Translations under genes and position numbers: made by a program
Assembly: GCA_034780895.1 (NCBI GenBank)
Contig: JAUZTB010000062.1
Coordinates: 14,477,471-14,541,470, forward strand
Reading direction: 5' to 3'
DNA from: Rhynchobatus australiae
Taxonomy: Eukaryota
Length of the DNA stretch: 64,000 nt
Notes under the pieces: model-generated
What the model was told of the DNA's origin: nothing
The model's input: the letters and a program-made list of their open reading frames with translations, nothing else
Database searches by the model: none
Shown here: positions 63,520 to 64,000 of the stretch, in pieces
How the letters are laid out: the number at the start of each line of letters is the position of its first letter
Numbering within the stretch: position 1 is the first letter of the stretch

Positions 63520-64000
63520 TAGTCATGGAGCAAAACAGCACAGGTTCAGGCCCTTCGGCCCAACGAATCCATGCCAACCACAGTGCCCACTTAGCTAGCC
63601 ACAATTGAGTCCCAGTTTCCTGCGTTCAGCCCACATCCCTCTAACCCAACCCCTCCATGTATCTATCCAAGAGCTTCTTAAATGATACCATTGTACCTGC
63701 CTCAACCACTTCCTCTGGCAGCTTGTTCCATATACACACCACCCTCTGCATGAAAATGTTGCCCCTCGGGTCCCTTTTAAATCTTTTCCCTCTCACCATA
63801 AGTCTATGCCCCCTAGTTTTGAATTCCCCTACCCTGGGGAAAAGACTGTTACCATCCACCTTATCTGTGCCTTGCATAATTTTAAACATTTCTATAAGAT
63901 TGCCCTTGATTCTCCTGCGTTCCAAGGAATAAAGACCCAGCCTAGCCATCTTCTCTGTAACTCAAGCCCTCTAGTGCTGGCAACATTCTCATAAAACTTT
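63520..64000 (-). mobile_element. CR1 LINE 3' end, runs off the window
   Basis: ORF 63641-63949: RLGLYSLERRRIKGNLIEMFKIM..LFPRVGEFKTRGHRL..WNKLPEEVVEAG..FKKLLDRYM. Confidence 0.92.

Noticed and set aside
61946-64000. Further ARSG exons (GKWHLG and CxPSR motifs)
   Set aside because: Searched by eye and not found; they presumably lie beyond the window.

Overview
Eukaryotic, AT-rich, repeat-dense vertebrate genomic DNA from a gapped draft assembly. The repeat set (CR1 LINEs, V-SINEs, Deu-SINE-like remnants, Rex1/Babar, RTE, L2, Penelope-like elements) points to a cartilaginous fish, by inference. Two convergent genes are visible. On the minus strand are eight coding exons forming the 3' ~70% of arylsulfatase G (ARSG, 61945->25564), all with GT-AG sites and matching phases. 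On the plus strand is the probable last coding exon of WIPI1 (7647-7694), the same tail-to-tail pairing as in human. Most ORFs in the supplied track are spurious or transposon debris. The most notable non-genic signal is a family of Penelope-like 3'-end insertions. They carry decayed minimal hammerhead-ribozyme motifs, fold-back inverted arms and 11-15 bp target-site duplications, and one copy is linked across a gap to a GIY-YIG endonuclease fragment. Also noted: a nested solo-LTR-like insertion, a duplicated ARSG splice donor, a candidate poison exon and false assembly gaps. I see no prokaryote-type system and no clearly new gene. Family names and human comparisons come from recalled motifs, not from database searches.
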